Assembly (NCBI GenBank): GCA_964016885.1 | Contig: OZ024740.1 | Coordinates: 103,974,001-104,038,000 of the forward strand | DNA length: 64,000 nt | DNA from: Eledone cirrhosa | Taxonomy: Eukaryota | Direction of reading: 5' to 3' | In this document: one piece after another, positions 13,836 to 27,170 of the stretch | Layout: each line of letters starts with the position of its first letter | Position numbering within the stretch: the first letter of the stretch is position 1 | Notes under the pieces: generated by a model | Databases searched by the model: none | What the model was told of the DNA's origin: nothing | The model's input: the letters and a program-made list of their open reading frames with translations, nothing else | Made by a program: the position numbers and the translations under genes

Positions 13836-15571
13836 CTATTACAAGTTACAGCAAGTAGGGAGGCAGATTGGTGTAGAAAATAAATGAAATAAATATCGAA
13901 AAAATATATTTATATTAGAATAACATGCAGCAACATTGCAAATAAAGTTCCCGTGGGAGGAAAAAAAAAGGCAAATGAACTATTAGTCAAGAAATAATAC
14001 TTTATGTAACAAATCTTTAGTTGAACATAGGTTGGACAATATGTATGTCATGTATGCCAAACCAATAACTTATAAACTTTGAACTTGATATTACAAATGT
14101 CATTTTTATTTCGAAATATTTATATTTTTTCCTTTTTTAATAAAAATTATCAGTAACAGTTTTTGTTTGTCAAAAAAAAAAAAGAAAAAAAAAAGAGGAT
14201 TAAAAAAAACCCAGAAGAGTAAAGGTAACTATTTTGTTTGATGATATGAAAGAAAAAAAAAAAAAAAATTAAAGACAATTTTCACAATAAAAAATGTTTT
14301 CAATAAATAAATTGGTTCAGTCAATTTATAGTTTGTAGTAAGTCTTTCTAATAATTGCATTGACAAAAGCATTTTATGATCCAAAGTAGCAACAGAAGTT
14401 AGGAAAATGTTTATAATTATGTTATTAGATTAGCAGAATTAACAGTTGTCAATACAGCTCATTGTAATAGTACAATCAACATTGTAATTGCAGTCAGAAA
14501 AGTTTAAATGCTTTAAAAATGTCTTTTGTTGCAAATTAACTGTCTCGTACCTAGTTGAACGGCAGATCTGCAAACACGACTTAGTGTCAATTGGAGTTAT
14601 TTTCAGTACAGGAAGATAGGCCAAAAGGAGCGTAAGTCTATATTCCTATTCTCAAAACAATCAGACATAAGGTAAGTTTATTTCTTGACCAACAGTTCAT
14701 GGAATTACGTAATAGTTTACATGAGAAATATTAGGATAGAGTAGAATAAAGAATGTTTTGTTAGATAAAGTCAACTAAAATATTTTTGAACATTGAAAAA
14801 GACAATACTATAGTAAAAAATAAAGAAAGAAAAAAAGCAATAATAAAAAAAATATGGAAAACTTTAAAATGATTTTAAAATATTCAATAAAATATAAATC
14901 TTGAATAAAATTTATGTAACTTCTTTTTTTCTAAATTAAGTTTGAGAAAATAACAGCAAAACATGAGAGTCTTGGAAATAAATTTAAAAAAAAAAAAAGG
15001 AAGAGAAAATGTTAGATTAATGTAATAAAAGAATTAAAAAATATGCGCATGGCACATAAGAAAAAAGAAAACAAAACAAATTAATTTAGAAATACCTATG
15101 TCTACTAAATAGATAGTCCTGCATTTTCTTGACCATTAGCAAATAGCCTAAAGGGAGATGAATCTTAAAATGGAACTTGTTAACAACTTTAAATTTCTAA
15201 CTATGGACAACATTTAAAATTAAAAAATATTAAAAAGTTATCAAAATGCTATGTAGATCATTAAAAAAATAGAAGAAAAAAAAAATAGTGAAGAGAGAAG
15301 AATAAAACAGAGAAATTAAAAAGTAAAAAAGATTTCATCCAACATTATCTTATAAGTGTGGTATATCCAAAGCTGAGATTTTTTTTTTCTTTTTAAAGAG
15401 GTAAGACATTTGAATCACTTCATCGAGTCACATCAGCAGTGGAAATTTTAGAGTCATTAAGTTTAATAACATCACTCTTAACCTCTTGTCTCTTGGGTAT
15501 TTATTTACAGTCCAAATGTCACATTTTCCAGGTGTCTTCAGGTGCCATGTATATATGTGTAGATATATACA

Positions 15572-15636
<65 letters not shown>

Positions 15637-15718
15637 AAGGCATGTATTGAGTTAGAAACTCAAAATAGTCTCTTACAATAAAATTAGCTCTAGGAAAGAG
15701 CTTTTTCCGAGCTATATA

Positions 15719-15866
15719 ATATAACTGAACAAAAAAGAAAAACGAAAGCAGACATATACATATATGTGTTCAAATTGTAAGGGACCAGATTCGCTAATCT
15801 GGTCCCTTACGATTTGAACACATATATGTATATGTCTGTTCGTTTTTCTTTTTTGTTCAGTTATAT
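15719..15866. repeat. Near-perfect fold-back palindrome (~70-bp arms) next to (TA)n
   Basis: ATAACTGAACAAAAAAGAAAAACGAA...AAGGGACCAGATT cgct AATCTGGTCCCTT...TTCGTTTTTCTTTTTTGTTCAGTTAT. Confidence 0.9.
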
Positions 15867-16696
15867 ATATATATATAAACACTTTTCTTTGCTCTGTTAT
15901 TGAACTCACCAATTTTTATTGAATTGTACAGGGTCTGGCATTTTTATCCACTCCTCCACTGAGTGGAAAAGTGTAGAAAATGAGAAATTTTAAAGCACTG
16001 AGTGGTAACAAAATTTCTGAGTTCAATCTTCACTCAAAGGTATATATATATACATAAGAGTAAAAAAAAAGTTTCTTTTATTTTTTAAAATGGTACCTGA
16101 AGACTACAAAAAATATACCAAGGTAAAAACACAGCATTAAAACCAAAATTAAATAAAGGAAAGTAAAACCTTATACAATATGAGGTTAATATTTTTATCC
16201 TTGTACTCCATTTTGGTAATGACGTCTTAGAGATTGAAAAATTTAACATGGAAGTATGTGTGACTGAATTATCAAGAATAGTGATGGAAAACATTCATGA
16301 AAATGAAGAGAACAGAATATAGAGAAAAAATTTGATAAAAGGAATTCAATTTTTTTTTTTCAACAGTGTTGTAAGTGAATGCTGTAATAGTATTAACAGC
16401 CATTCAAAATACAGCTGTTTTGCATAGTTTTAGTGAGTGTAATCCTGTATAACAACTCAGAAATATTAAGGCAGATGATGAGGTACAGTGCTGTCATAAA
16501 AATTAATAGTTACCTTGAACATTAACTAATTGACACATATTTCTTAAACAATGTTCTGCTTGTAGGCTTAGAGAGAAATTATATAAACACAAACACACAC
16601 ATACATACATATATACACACACGCACACACATGCATAAATATATACATACAATGGGGAAAGAATTTATTTTTATTATTATATGATACATTTTTAAT

Positions 16697-16945
16697 ATCT
16701 CATAATCATATTTCTAATGGTATACAGTGCCTACATTTAAATACATTTCTTAAATAATTAAAATTTTGGAGGTATTTAGTAAAATAACTAACTAGCTTTT
16801 TCAAAAACCAATGTACTAAGATGATATTCAGAAGATAAGCGAACAAAATATTCTGAAAGAAAATAATGATAAATAGTTTTAATTTAAAATAGGTTTTTGT
16901 ACTTTAGAACCACAAGTGGCCTCGTGTAGGTTGGTATCAAAAGGG
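16697..16945. mobile_element. piggyBac-like MITE copy
   Basis: Ends TTGGTATCAAAAGGG|TTAA; body similar to the other copies. 5' boundary approximate. Confidence 0.65.
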
Positions 16946-17625
16946 TTAAGTAACAGCTCTTGCTCTTGGATTTTTAGAATTCAAAGTTGAGATTTAATAT
17001 GAGGACTTAAATTAATGCAAGCTGAAACCCACAAAATGAAGTTTTATTGATATGCAGTATAGGCTTAACCTCTTTTTAACAAACAGGTCCTAAAATCAAT
17101 GATTTACTGTGAAAACAACCCTCTCTGACCACCTCCCCTGGACTACATAGCTTCCAAGTTAAACAGCTTTGACTTATTGGAAACAGATATATGAGGTTAG
17201 AAGATTTATACATAAACATTTCAGATATTGGATAAAACACTATTTCCTAGTTATTTATTTTCATCCTTTCCTTACACCAGGTTGGGAAATACTGCTGGTA
17301 AATTGAAAAATATATTCTAAATACAACTCTTTAAATTGATCTTTATTACACTTCTTCAATTATTATTCTTATTATCATCATCATGAATATAACATTTCAC
17401 AGCAATTTCACAGTTAAAAATGGAATTTTATTCAGAAATAATTTGTTTCTGCAGAGAGAAGTAGGGTAGAAATAAATATTTTTGTTTTCAAATACACACA
17501 CACATAAAACTAGCTGAGACATATCACAAGCTTGCAGTAGCTGAAAAATTGATTTCCATCAAATATTAAACAAGTCTTTTGTAAACACAAAATTTAAACA
17601 AGAACTCTATATAAGTGAAATATAA

Positions 17626-18252
17626 CCATTTTGTTACCATATTTATAATGAAAGGCACCACTTATGATTTTCAAGAATTATGTGGGTTTTAGTACCATAA
17701 CTGACTTCCTCATTATCAAGATGGTGTTTGGAACGTAAAGACTCTTACATAAAATTATGATGGAAGGTTTTTAGATACTCTTGGGTCCCAAATAATAGGG
17801 GTGGGGTGGAATAAGTGGGAAGTTGGATTAAACAGAATTAGTTGTTTAGTTTACATACTTTATTTTATAAAGTATGGGGTTTCTAGTAATGTACTTTTTT
17901 TGTCATGTATAATTTTTTTTGCAATGTATAAAGAATATTAATTGCTGTAGGAATGCTACCACTTAAAATAAAATTTCGCCGGAGATAGATTAGCAAAATT
18001 TAATAAGTGGCGGGTGGGGATGAAAACAATCTGAAAAATTCATAAGCGAGGATGGGGAGGGGCGATTATGCAAGACCCAAGAGCAATATAAACCCTGTAA
18101 TAATACACTTGTATTATTATTATTGGCACTAGGATAATTGCTGGCCTTGTGCCAAAAGTAGAAACAATTATTATTATTATTGGCCTTGTGCCATTATTAT
18201 TATTATCATTAAAGAACCAAGGACAATTTCAGGTGGTTTGATAATAAAAGGG
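17626..18252. mobile_element. piggyBac-like MITE carrying a nested insertion
   Basis: Starts CCATTTTGTTACCATATT and ends TGATAATAAAAGGG|TTAA. Interrupted by 17778-18083 and a SINE tail fragment at ~18135-18195. Confidence 0.65.
17778..18083. mobile_element. MITE with short TIRs (Tc1/mariner-like), nested
   Basis: TA|CTCTTGGGTC ... GACCCAAGAG|CA. Confidence 0.65.
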
Positions 18253-18534
18253 TTAACCCATAGAAATGCTGGCCAGATAGTAAATATTCCTATGGTCATG
18301 TTAAGAAATCTTTCATCTGACATGTAAAATATATTTTTTGCCTTAGAGTGCTTAATACTATATCCTTCACTAATTTACAAGAATTACAACCAGCCAACCA
18401 ACCAACTACTCTGCTTCACCTACTTTCTAACCTAGACAGACAAGAGATGAAAGTGGACATCTCCAGGATGTCCAGTGGTACAATTTGAGGTGACATTGAC
18501 TGCACTATGTAGTTTAGTCTTAGTGGGAGGTGTA

Positions 18535-18732
18535 CGAGGATCGGCAGAAAAGTTCATAGGTTGACTATGAAGGAGTGATGCAAGATCTGTGAAATCTTGC
18601 ATGCATTAATTTCAACTCTTCTTATTAATAGCTGCATTGTTTCTTTCCAGGGACTATGTTGTAAAATTAACCTCATTTGGACATTCTATGAAAGTATCTT
18701 GGTCAGTCTATGAACCTTTCAGCTGACCCTCA
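18535..18732. mobile_element. mariner-derived MITE, 198 bp
   Basis: TA|CGAGGATCGGCAGAAAAGTTCATAG ... CTATGAACCTTTCAGCTGACCCTCA|TA: imperfect 25-bp TIRs and a TA TSD. Confidence 0.8.
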
Positions 18733-18824
18733 TACTGTATTCCCCATTACAGTGTGTCACCAATTTTAGAATCTAATCCATGCATTGCTGTATAAGGATA
18801 ATAATTATTATTTCTTGTATTCAG

Positions 18825-19300
18825 AGCAGTGGATTAGCAGAATAATTTTAGTGTTGGATGAAATGTATTGCAGGCCCACCAAGATCAGCCTCGCCTTTCA
18901 TCCTTTCAGGTCAATAAAATAATGTATTAGTCAAGTACACGGTTGATTTATTCAACATCCTCTGCCCTCTAAATTGGAAGATAAAAGTAAACACATTACC
19001 TTCCAGCCTTTAGCAGAAAAGTATCAGTTAGGCATAGGGAGAAATTAACTATATTGAATACAGCCTTTGTTAGAAATCTTTATTATCATCCTCTTCATCA
19101 TAATATGGATAATGGTTAGCAAAATAGGTAGAGAACTTGACATAATACTTATACAGTATTTAGTTATGTTCTACTGTGTTGTGTTGAAAGACTGCTGCGA
19201 TTGACAAAAAATAAATTCTAGTAGTTAGATGATTCTGGGAGCAATTGAATGGATTATGCTGTCCCCTAAATGTTGGCTTTGTGCTAATGTTAGAAATCAC
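18825..19300 (+). mobile_element. Two decayed tRNA-derived SINE copies
   Basis: CGCCTTTCATCCTTTCAGGTCAATAAAATAA core at ~18892; second, more decayed copy at ~19110-19300 with tail GGCTTTGTGCTAATGTTAGAAAT. Confidence 0.55.
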
Positions 19301-22278
19301 AATCATTATGAGATATATCCTACAATTGTGTGAAGTTAAAAAATCCCATGATTCTTAAAACGCTATCCAATTTCCAGTTATTTTAATCCCAAATCCATCC
19401 ATCAACAATTATAGAATATGTAGCAAGATAAACTTTCAAATTATTTTTCGCATTTTTTTAATGTAACTGCTATTAAAAACTAGGTCTGTTTGCTTTTTTC
19501 TTTTGTTTTTTTACTCCTTTTTAACTACCACCCGAGAAAGCTGATAGGCATTTTAGAATTTCTTTGCCACCATTTCCAATATATCTTTCCGAATATCTTT
19601 TATGAAGTAATTTTAATGAGTACCAGTCAAGTATTGGAATTTTATTTACCAAAAGTGTGTGGGCAGTATTACAAACCATCATGAACCTTTTCAAATACTA
19701 CTTATAGAGTAAGGTGAGGTTAGAGAGGAAGATGTTACCCTTTAGTAAATTTGCTGAAAGGCAGATAGGCTGGAAAACATAACTTGGTGAGGACACTTGC
19801 TTTTGATAGTAAGAGTAATCGAGGATCTGTGAGTTCTCTGATTGGCCCCAAATGGTTATCCTCCAGTTGGAATCTTTCATTTTCTTATATACTGTGTTTC
19901 ATGCCTATTTTCTCAAACTTGATTCTATATAAATCCCCACCACTTTTGTAATTTGTTCTTGTAATGTCCCCTCATCCATTACCCTTGTGGAAAATAAAGA
20001 TATTATATTAGAGGGAATAATAATAATAATTATTATTATTAGAGTAAAACTAAAAAAAAATAAGAGATAAGATCCCAACAAACTGAGTCTGAGAACCAAT
20101 TTGGTTGAAATTCACTTCTCTTACAAGTGCAAATCTTTAGAGAAAAGCATGAATGTCACACAACCCCACATTACCTTATTCTTATGGTTCATTTATAAAT
20201 TTAATACATCTTCATTTCTGCATTCCTTTAAAGTTACAGAGATAAAGATGGTTGCATGTAGTTAAATAGTAAATAACATACATTTACAGATTGACTATTT
20301 ATTTTAACTATGTGTGAAATAATCAAATACTTCGGTTAAAACAGAAGAAATAAAAAAGAAATGTATGCCTTCACATGAAAAATTTAGTTCAGTTTGAGTT
20401 TGCAAATCCTGCTGACGATAATTAAAATTTAAAATCTTTTAAGTGTCTGATTTGTTTGCATCAATTTATAAAATTTATTGCCCTAAACAAATTTGTGGCT
20501 TGTTTTTGTCATATATATAATTGTTTTTATAACTACATAGTGACTGCCTTCTACTAATTCACTGTTAACTTCTACTGGAATGTTAGCAACACAGGAAGAT
20601 TACAATTAGAAAATGTAAACAAAAAGTGAATGTTTGGCCAAAGTTAATTATAAATTAAAATTAATCTAAAATATCGATTTACAAACATTTGGCAAAGTTG
20701 TAATGTCATGTTAAAAATTAACATGATGCAGTTAGCTCCTGCTAAATCCACATCAATAATAGCAATTTTCTCTTTCTTTTTTTTCCTGTTTTCTTTGGAA
20801 TTTTATGTCTAATATTTCCATGTTACAATGGCCTTAAAAATTAGGATATTTGCAAAATGAATACATGGATCATATATTTCTAGAAGACTTCTAACAAGCA
20901 TTTCTCAGAATAACAATACAACACGGTAGTTGTAGTCTTCAACAAAATACTTCCACAGCCTCAGCTTGTCTTCAATGTTCGCATTGTTTCTAGACATTTC
21001 TACTATTGAACACTTGGCTTTGAAGTAAAATTGGGATTAGCATTGCTTATGGCAAGAGTTAAACTAATGTTTCATGTCATTTGGCACAGGAGCCCCATGT
21101 GCTGAAATAGCTGATGAAGCAGGTATTGTTGGCTGTTCTATATGGTAAGGTTCCACAATCTTGTCTGTAGGCTGCTATGCCATTCAGTTGAGCTATGCCA
21201 TTCAGACAAAGGTATATAAAGTCTGCACCCTCCTCATTGCTCCTCTGTTTTTTTTTCTTTTTGCCATTATGATATTATAAATGTATTTTTACTTGGAGAG
21301 GGATAGGCTCTGCTAGGTTTTTAAAAATACCCAAGAAGCATTGTATTAGGGCAGCATCCTACAATTCCATTGGGAGATAAGAGATCAGGGAGTAACATCT
21401 ATTTTAAATTATAATTTTCAAGTTTCAAGGTAATTTATGGTTTCTCAGATGACTTGCGTGCTTAATCATATGTTGATAGTAGAAGTGGGTAGTTGGGACA
21501 TTAATGCTTTTTTTCAAAGGTATTAATAATGGAAACAGGATGAAAACTGAACCAGGTCACACTCAGTGAAGGTAAGAGATTTTGTTTTTTATGGATACAT
21601 AAAATTAGGGTAATAAAGCAGTGGAAATTAAAATCTGCAGTAACAGAGTAATCAGTTGATATTGCCAGATTAAATTAGCTGACCTATTTCTACTCTCTAT
21701 ATAATAACAAAAACGAAAGCAAACATCTTGAAAACAAAGCATAGAAATTACAAAATATCTGTGATTCTTCAGAAGAAATAACGGCTTTTGAAAAAGATGT
21801 GCTGACTAAGGTTTATGATGGATTAGATAGTGCGGTGAGAGATATATAGAAAGATAGAGAGAAAGAAAAAAAAGAAAAAGTGAAGCTGGGAGTATATTTT
21901 CAGGTAGTTGATAATGTTCCAGAAAGATTACAGCACTATAAGATTTGAAGTCAGTATTTCAGAGCTGATGCACAAACCTCACAGATAAGGAAAGACAAAA
22001 CAGGACAATTATTCTACTTAGTATTTATCAAATGATTTATATAGTTAATGTAACAAGAAAATGTTTACAGAATATTTTGTAGAGCTGTTAGACCTAATTT
22101 CATAAAGACAATGAACTGCTGTTTAAAACTTCTTCAGTTCAATATTAATGAGAGAATATTGTGAAATATTCTACCAATAATATATTCTTCTTGCAGCCTT
22201 CTTTCTAAGGATTAATTCCAAACTTACACAGAATTAGTCACATGAGTTGCTGTTCTTCTGTATATTATCAAAATTTAA

Positions 22279-22522
22279 TCCTTTTATTATATTTCTTACA
22301 AAATACATTGTCAGTAATTTTCAAATAATTTTGAAAATAATCAAGAATTTGAAGTGATTTGGTGATATAACTAATTGCCTCATAATTTATCAGGTGTTTG
22401 GAGCATAATATAACAAAGGTTTTTTACATAAAATTATGATGGAAGGTTTTTAGATAAATACAAAACTGTTAAAACAAACAGCTTTGTGTAATAGAATCAA
22501 GGGCAGTTTGGTAACAAAAGGG
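22279..22522. mobile_element. piggyBac-like MITE copy
   Basis: TTAA|TCCTTTTATTA ... TTGGTAACAAAAGGG|TTAA. Confidence 0.7.
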
Positions 22523-22894
22523 TTAATCTATTGTTTTCACAGCTTTACTGTGCATGTCCTGTCACTTTAAACAGTTGAAGCACTTTTTAAATCAATCCCA
22601 ACATATTACTGATAACTATTTTACTGAAACTTTGCTACTTTTAACTGCTGGTAGGAGAGGAAATGAAAATTTGACATCTATGTCTTTTGCTAAAGCAGCC
22701 ATGGGCAACCTTTTACATAGGATGTAGCTCATGATAAGGTGGGCTGCATTTCTAAAAAATTTGAAATTATGTGTGCCATTCAGAAAGCCAAATGGATTAC
22801 AGTTTACCCATAATTGGGCTTGAGTATAAGCAGAGGAAGTGAAAACAGTTCCAAAGTGAATAGATACTATATTGCACATTACATTCACCAGAAC

Positions 22895-23580
22895 ACTAAC
22901 AAATCTGATGCTCTACAGATTCTGTTAATCCGCCACCACTGTCACCAATAATAATCATGATAATTCTAACACTGGCACAACGCCAGCAATTTGGTGGTAG
23001 AGGAAAGGTGGTTATATTGACCTCATCATTTAACTGGTCGTTTATGTTATCAGCCTCAGAAGGATGAAAAGTAAAGTTGACCTTGCTGGGTTTTGAACTC
23101 AGAATGTAAAGAGCCAGAAAAAATACCACAATGGCATTTTATTCGATGTTCTACTAATTCTTCCAATTCCCTACTCTCTAATAATGGTTCCTAATTTAGG
23201 CACAAGACCAACAATCTGAGAGAAAAGGGAAGTTAATCATATTGATCCCAGTACTTGACCGGTACTTTAATTCATTGACCTCAGAAGGATGAAAGGCAAA
23301 GTTGACCTTGGTATGTTTTGAACTAAGAATGTAAAGAGCCAGACTAAATGCCGCAAAGCATTTCCTTTGATGCTCTACTGATTCTGCCAATCCAACACTT
23401 TAATGGTTTCTGATTTAAGCAAAAGGTCAACAATTTGAGGGGAGGGGAAAGTTCATTAAGTTGACCCCAGTACATTACTGGTGCTTTATTTTATCAACCC
23501 TGTAAGGATGAAAGGCAAAGCAAAACCTCGGCAGGATTTGAACTCAAAACATAAAAGGCCGTAACTACATGCCGTAAAGC
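22895..23580 (-). mobile_element. Head-to-tail cluster of three (plus one partial) tRNA-derived SINEs
   Basis: Repeated ~220-bp unit containing AAGGATGAAAGGCAAAG..TTTGAACTCA at ~23060, ~23286 and ~23504, same family as 1718-1898. Confidence 0.85.
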
Positions 23581-24193
23581 TTTGGAGTTTGTTATATTTC
23601 TCTCCAATGTAGAAAATAACATTAACAAAAAAACAATATATCTTAAGACAGAAATGTTTTTGAAAAAGTAATTTGTTTAAAATAAATGAAATAGATTCCA
23701 AATTGTTATAATTAACATTTTAAATAACATTCAATATCAATACTACCTGAAATTGTTTTCAATTTAATTTTTCAGATTATTTCTTTTATTTTAATCTTGA
23801 ACTTTTAAAAAGTTCTTTTATAAACATTTTATACAAATTTTACTTAAATTAGAATTTATTTAAATAAAAGAAAATCACATATTGACAGATTTTTTTCTTT
23901 AACAAAAAAAGGAACAACAATAACAGTTTAAATTTGAAAAGCAAGATGAAATATTTGAAAAGAAAGTGGAGTCAGTAGTGATTGGTGATTATATAAGAGA
24001 AATAACCAAGTGAGTTGTTATCAGTGGCACTCTAAAACATAAGCAAAACTCAAGGAATGCTGCATTTTATTTAATTTTATTTTGTTTTCAAGAATTGTGA
24101 TGACTAAAAGAGAAAAAAAAGGTTGTGTAGAGAACATGGCAATAAATGAGATGTAGAATAGTTAAGAGCTATAAGGAGGGGGGATTTACTCAC

Positions 24194-24266
24194 CTTCAGA
24201 TCTCTGTGTACAATACCATGGTGATGGCAATAATTAACACTCTCTAATATTTGCTGCATGCAGTGA
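24194..24266 (-). CDS. CaMKII: CaMKII kinase-domain exon '6b' (alphaE helix + HRD catalytic loop), 73 nt, alternative copy 2
   Basis: Minus strand ATTTCAG|T CAC TGC ATG...GAT CTG AAG|GTGAGT encodes (S)[24 protein letters not shown]. Same length and phase as 39309-39381; 17/24 residues identical. Confidence 0.95.
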
Positions 24267-24375
24267 CTGAAATATGAAAGAACAATGGATTTGCTGATCA
24301 AAAAGCAGCTCACATGTCACCATAGCAACAACTGTCTGACTGACTGACTACCCCATGCATTACTAGTGCAGTAAC

Positions 24376-24477
24376 TCCGCTGCAGCTATGCTTTTGATGA
24401 GAAATGGAAGGGAGAGGAGGAATTAGATTTTGCTTGCCCGACCACCATCCTGTACACTAGCCAGGCAGATTTTCAGC
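24376..24477 (-). promoter_or_regulatory. Candidate intronic docking element upstream of exon 6b
   Basis: Partner of 39169-39270. Between the two arms the transcript reads UCUAAU followed by a pyrimidine tract (24399-24427). Confidence 0.7.
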
Positions 24478-24567
24478 TTCAGAGGAGGACATTGGTGAGG
24501 GTACTGAAGTTTGTTGTGAGGTTGGCCATAAGTATGTGTTTTTTTTTGTGTATTTGCATGTGTGTTA

Positions 24568-24640
<73 letters not shown>

Positions 24641-24869
24641 AATGTGTGTACACAAAATAACAAAGGATTAGTATATATATATACATATATATATGTATAT
24701 ATATAAACTATTATCTAGCATCCATGTAAGAGAAATCTTATCTATATTGATATGAGAAAGAAAACTACTTTAAGAAGGAGAGAAAGGGAATGTATGTGTG
24801 TGTGTGTACTTGCATACATGTGAGTGAGTGCCTGTGTGTGTGCATATATATATATTAGAATTATTCAGT

Positions 24870-24928
24870 TGATACCATTTATATCACTACTTGGAGTTTC
24901 CACCAGAGTAGTGGTGTAAATGGTATCA
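24870..24928. repeat. Short hairpin palindrome
   Basis: TGATACCATTTATATCACTACT ... AGTAGTGGTGTAAATGGTATCA. Confidence 0.75.
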
Positions 24929-24996
24929 CTCACATATATTTAATAATTGTGCTCAACAAGTATTGAGTACTCATTTTCCCATTCATTTTAATCAAT

Positions 24997-25043
<47 letters not shown>

Positions 25044-25083
25044 AGAAAGATAGAGAGAGAAAGAAAGAAAGAAAAAGAAAGAA

Positions 25084-25157
25084 AGAAAAAGAAAAAGAAA
25101 AAGAAAAAGAAAAAGAAAAAGAAAAAGAAAAAGAAAAAGAAAAAGAAAAAGAAAAAG
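25084..25157 (+). repeat. (GAAAAA)n microsatellite
   Basis: Direct read. Confidence 0.95.
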
Positions 25158-26209
25158 AAGAGAGAAATGGGGATGAAGAAAGACAGAGCAGTAGAATTGG
25201 TACAGATATACTAATATTGCAAGAATTCCATTGAGAGACCTATTAGTCTAATACAATGATGTGCTGAATGAAAAGTACAATATGACATAGATGCTAGTGT
25301 TTCACTAACAATATCACGTAAGCCACAAATAGTGAGAAATTCTTAGAATCTTCAGGATTAGTGTCAATTTAGTATTTGATAAGAACTGCTTAACCCATTT
25401 TCATAATTATATTCTTTTAAAATAGATTTTACCTAAAAAGAAGACACACTTAATCATTTTGTGACATCTTTATGCAGAAATGTATAAGTGTGTCTGCGTG
25501 TGTTCGTGTCCACAAAGCTTAAGAAGTTTTATGGTAGAGTGAATTTACTGTCATGCAAGTGTATGTGGCTAGAAGTGGATATCATTCCAAAATCATTGAT
25601 TCTATAAATGGCTTCATGATGTAGGCCAAATGGATGGGGGTGTTTAGAAAGGGGTTATCATGTGCTAGTTTCCTGGACTCTAAACTGGATCACCACAGAA
25701 ACAAGTTCTTGAGACAAGTTACTTATAGCAGTAATAACTGTATCAGTGGCAGTAAATTTAGAAGCAAATAAAGATGAGATTATTTCAGGTTGACATAGAA
25801 AGTGAGTGATAAAGGCAAAATATAAAGACAAAAACAGAAACATCATACCCTTAATTGGTTCTGGACTATAGAATATTATGAATATAAAATTTTTCATAAA
25901 TTCTCCAGGAAAAGAGTTCTCTCATAATTTGCATTTTCTATTTACTGTCAATTAATGAAGCACTTTAGTTGCTAAAAAGCTATTTGAAAGCCAAGAGACT
26001 GCAGTGTCATATGTAACAGATATATCTAAAACATAACTATAAAGTTTACAGTGGTCAACTACTATCCACATAAATGTTCGAACTTTACCACAGTCCCTAT
26101 ACAGAACTCTTTGACAAGGCCCTTAATGCTCTGCATATGAAATCTTGTTTTCCCCACATATGATGACAAACACCCCTCCTATATATACATATGTGTGTGT
26201 GTCTATGTA

Positions 26210-26345
26210 AAGCAGTGAATTGGCAGAGTTAGAATGTCAGATAGAAGGCTTTATGGCATTTATCCTGGCTTTCTGCACTCTAGGTTCAAATTTGCCGTTC
26301 ATTCTTTCGAGGTCGATAAAACAAAAAACAGTTCAATACTGGAGT
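26210..26345 (+). mobile_element. tRNA-derived SINE (Deu/Nin-like core)
   Basis: TGGCAGAGTT A-box, GGTTCAAATT B-box, TTCATTCTTTCGAGGTCGATAAA core. Confidence 0.65.
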
Positions 26346-26559
26346 CAATTCTCTCTTTCATTCATTCTTGGTAAAAATATCAGCTGCATTCAGACCTGGT
26401 GAGAGATGGGTTTTGTCAAGTTTAAAATGTCACAACAGCACCTCCATCAGGTGTTATGGGTTCATACATACATATATTTATATATAAATAAATATATGTA
26501 CATACCCACACACATATATAAAGGACCCTCTCTTGCACGATCATTAGATTTTTTTAATT

Positions 26560-26990
26560 AGTAGGTCTTCAATTTTGTGTTCATGCCAACCTTTGCCTAT
26601 GGTCTTGAATTTTGGGTAACTACAGAAAAAATACGATTGCAAATACGAGCAGCAGAAATGGGGTTCCTCCAAAGTGTCTTTGGAGTAACATTACTTGATA
26701 GAGTGCGTAGCTCGGAAATCAGAAGGGTGTTCCAGGTAGAGCTGCCACATCTTCGAATTGAGAGATCACAGCTCCAATACTATAGGCATGTGGTTAGAAT
26801 GTATCAGGAAGGAATTGCTGGACAGATTTTACAGGAAAAAACCAACTGGCAGGAGAACCAGGGTAGACCCTGAGCAATATGGTTGGATAACATCCATGAG
26901 CTTGGCTGGATAACATCCATGAGCTTGGCTGGATCTCATCCAGCCAGATCAACTGGAGATGGTTGCTTATGACAGCCATGAGGAGCTGTG
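26560..26990 (+). mobile_element. 3' fragment of a second RTE-clade LINE family
   Basis: PTFAYGLEFW...IRAAEMGFLQSVFGVTLLDRVRSSEIR..IERSQLQYYRHVVRM is the typical RTE C-terminal region. 23-bp tandem duplication at ~26884-26933. Confidence 0.85.
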
Positions 26991-27170
26991 AGCACTGAAG
27001 TCAGTAAGGACACTAACTTCAGAGAGAGGTAAGGGAGATGTACTTCAAGTGAGAGGGGGGGATGCTGTGTAAGAGTATCTGGATGTCTCTGTTTCTTTTC
27101 TTGTTGAACTTTTATATGTGGGTCTACTGCATAGTTGATGCCTATATATATATATATATATATATATATA

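Noticed and set aside
13861-13869. AGGCAGATT shared with the docking element (24463-24471)
   Set aside because: Only a 9-mer; too short to support a second docking site.
22895-23580. Regularly spaced repeats resembling a CRISPR-like array
   Set aside because: Whole units are homologous SINE copies with no unique spacers; eukaryotic context.
24310-24340. Third possible helix with 39221-39254 (TCACATGTC, CACCAT and CTGTCTG blocks)
   Set aside because: Short broken blocks, not nested with the 24376-24392 helix; could be chance or an alternative fold.
24963-25214. Poly-lysine ORF
   Set aside because: Translation of (TA)n and (GAAAAA)n microsatellites.
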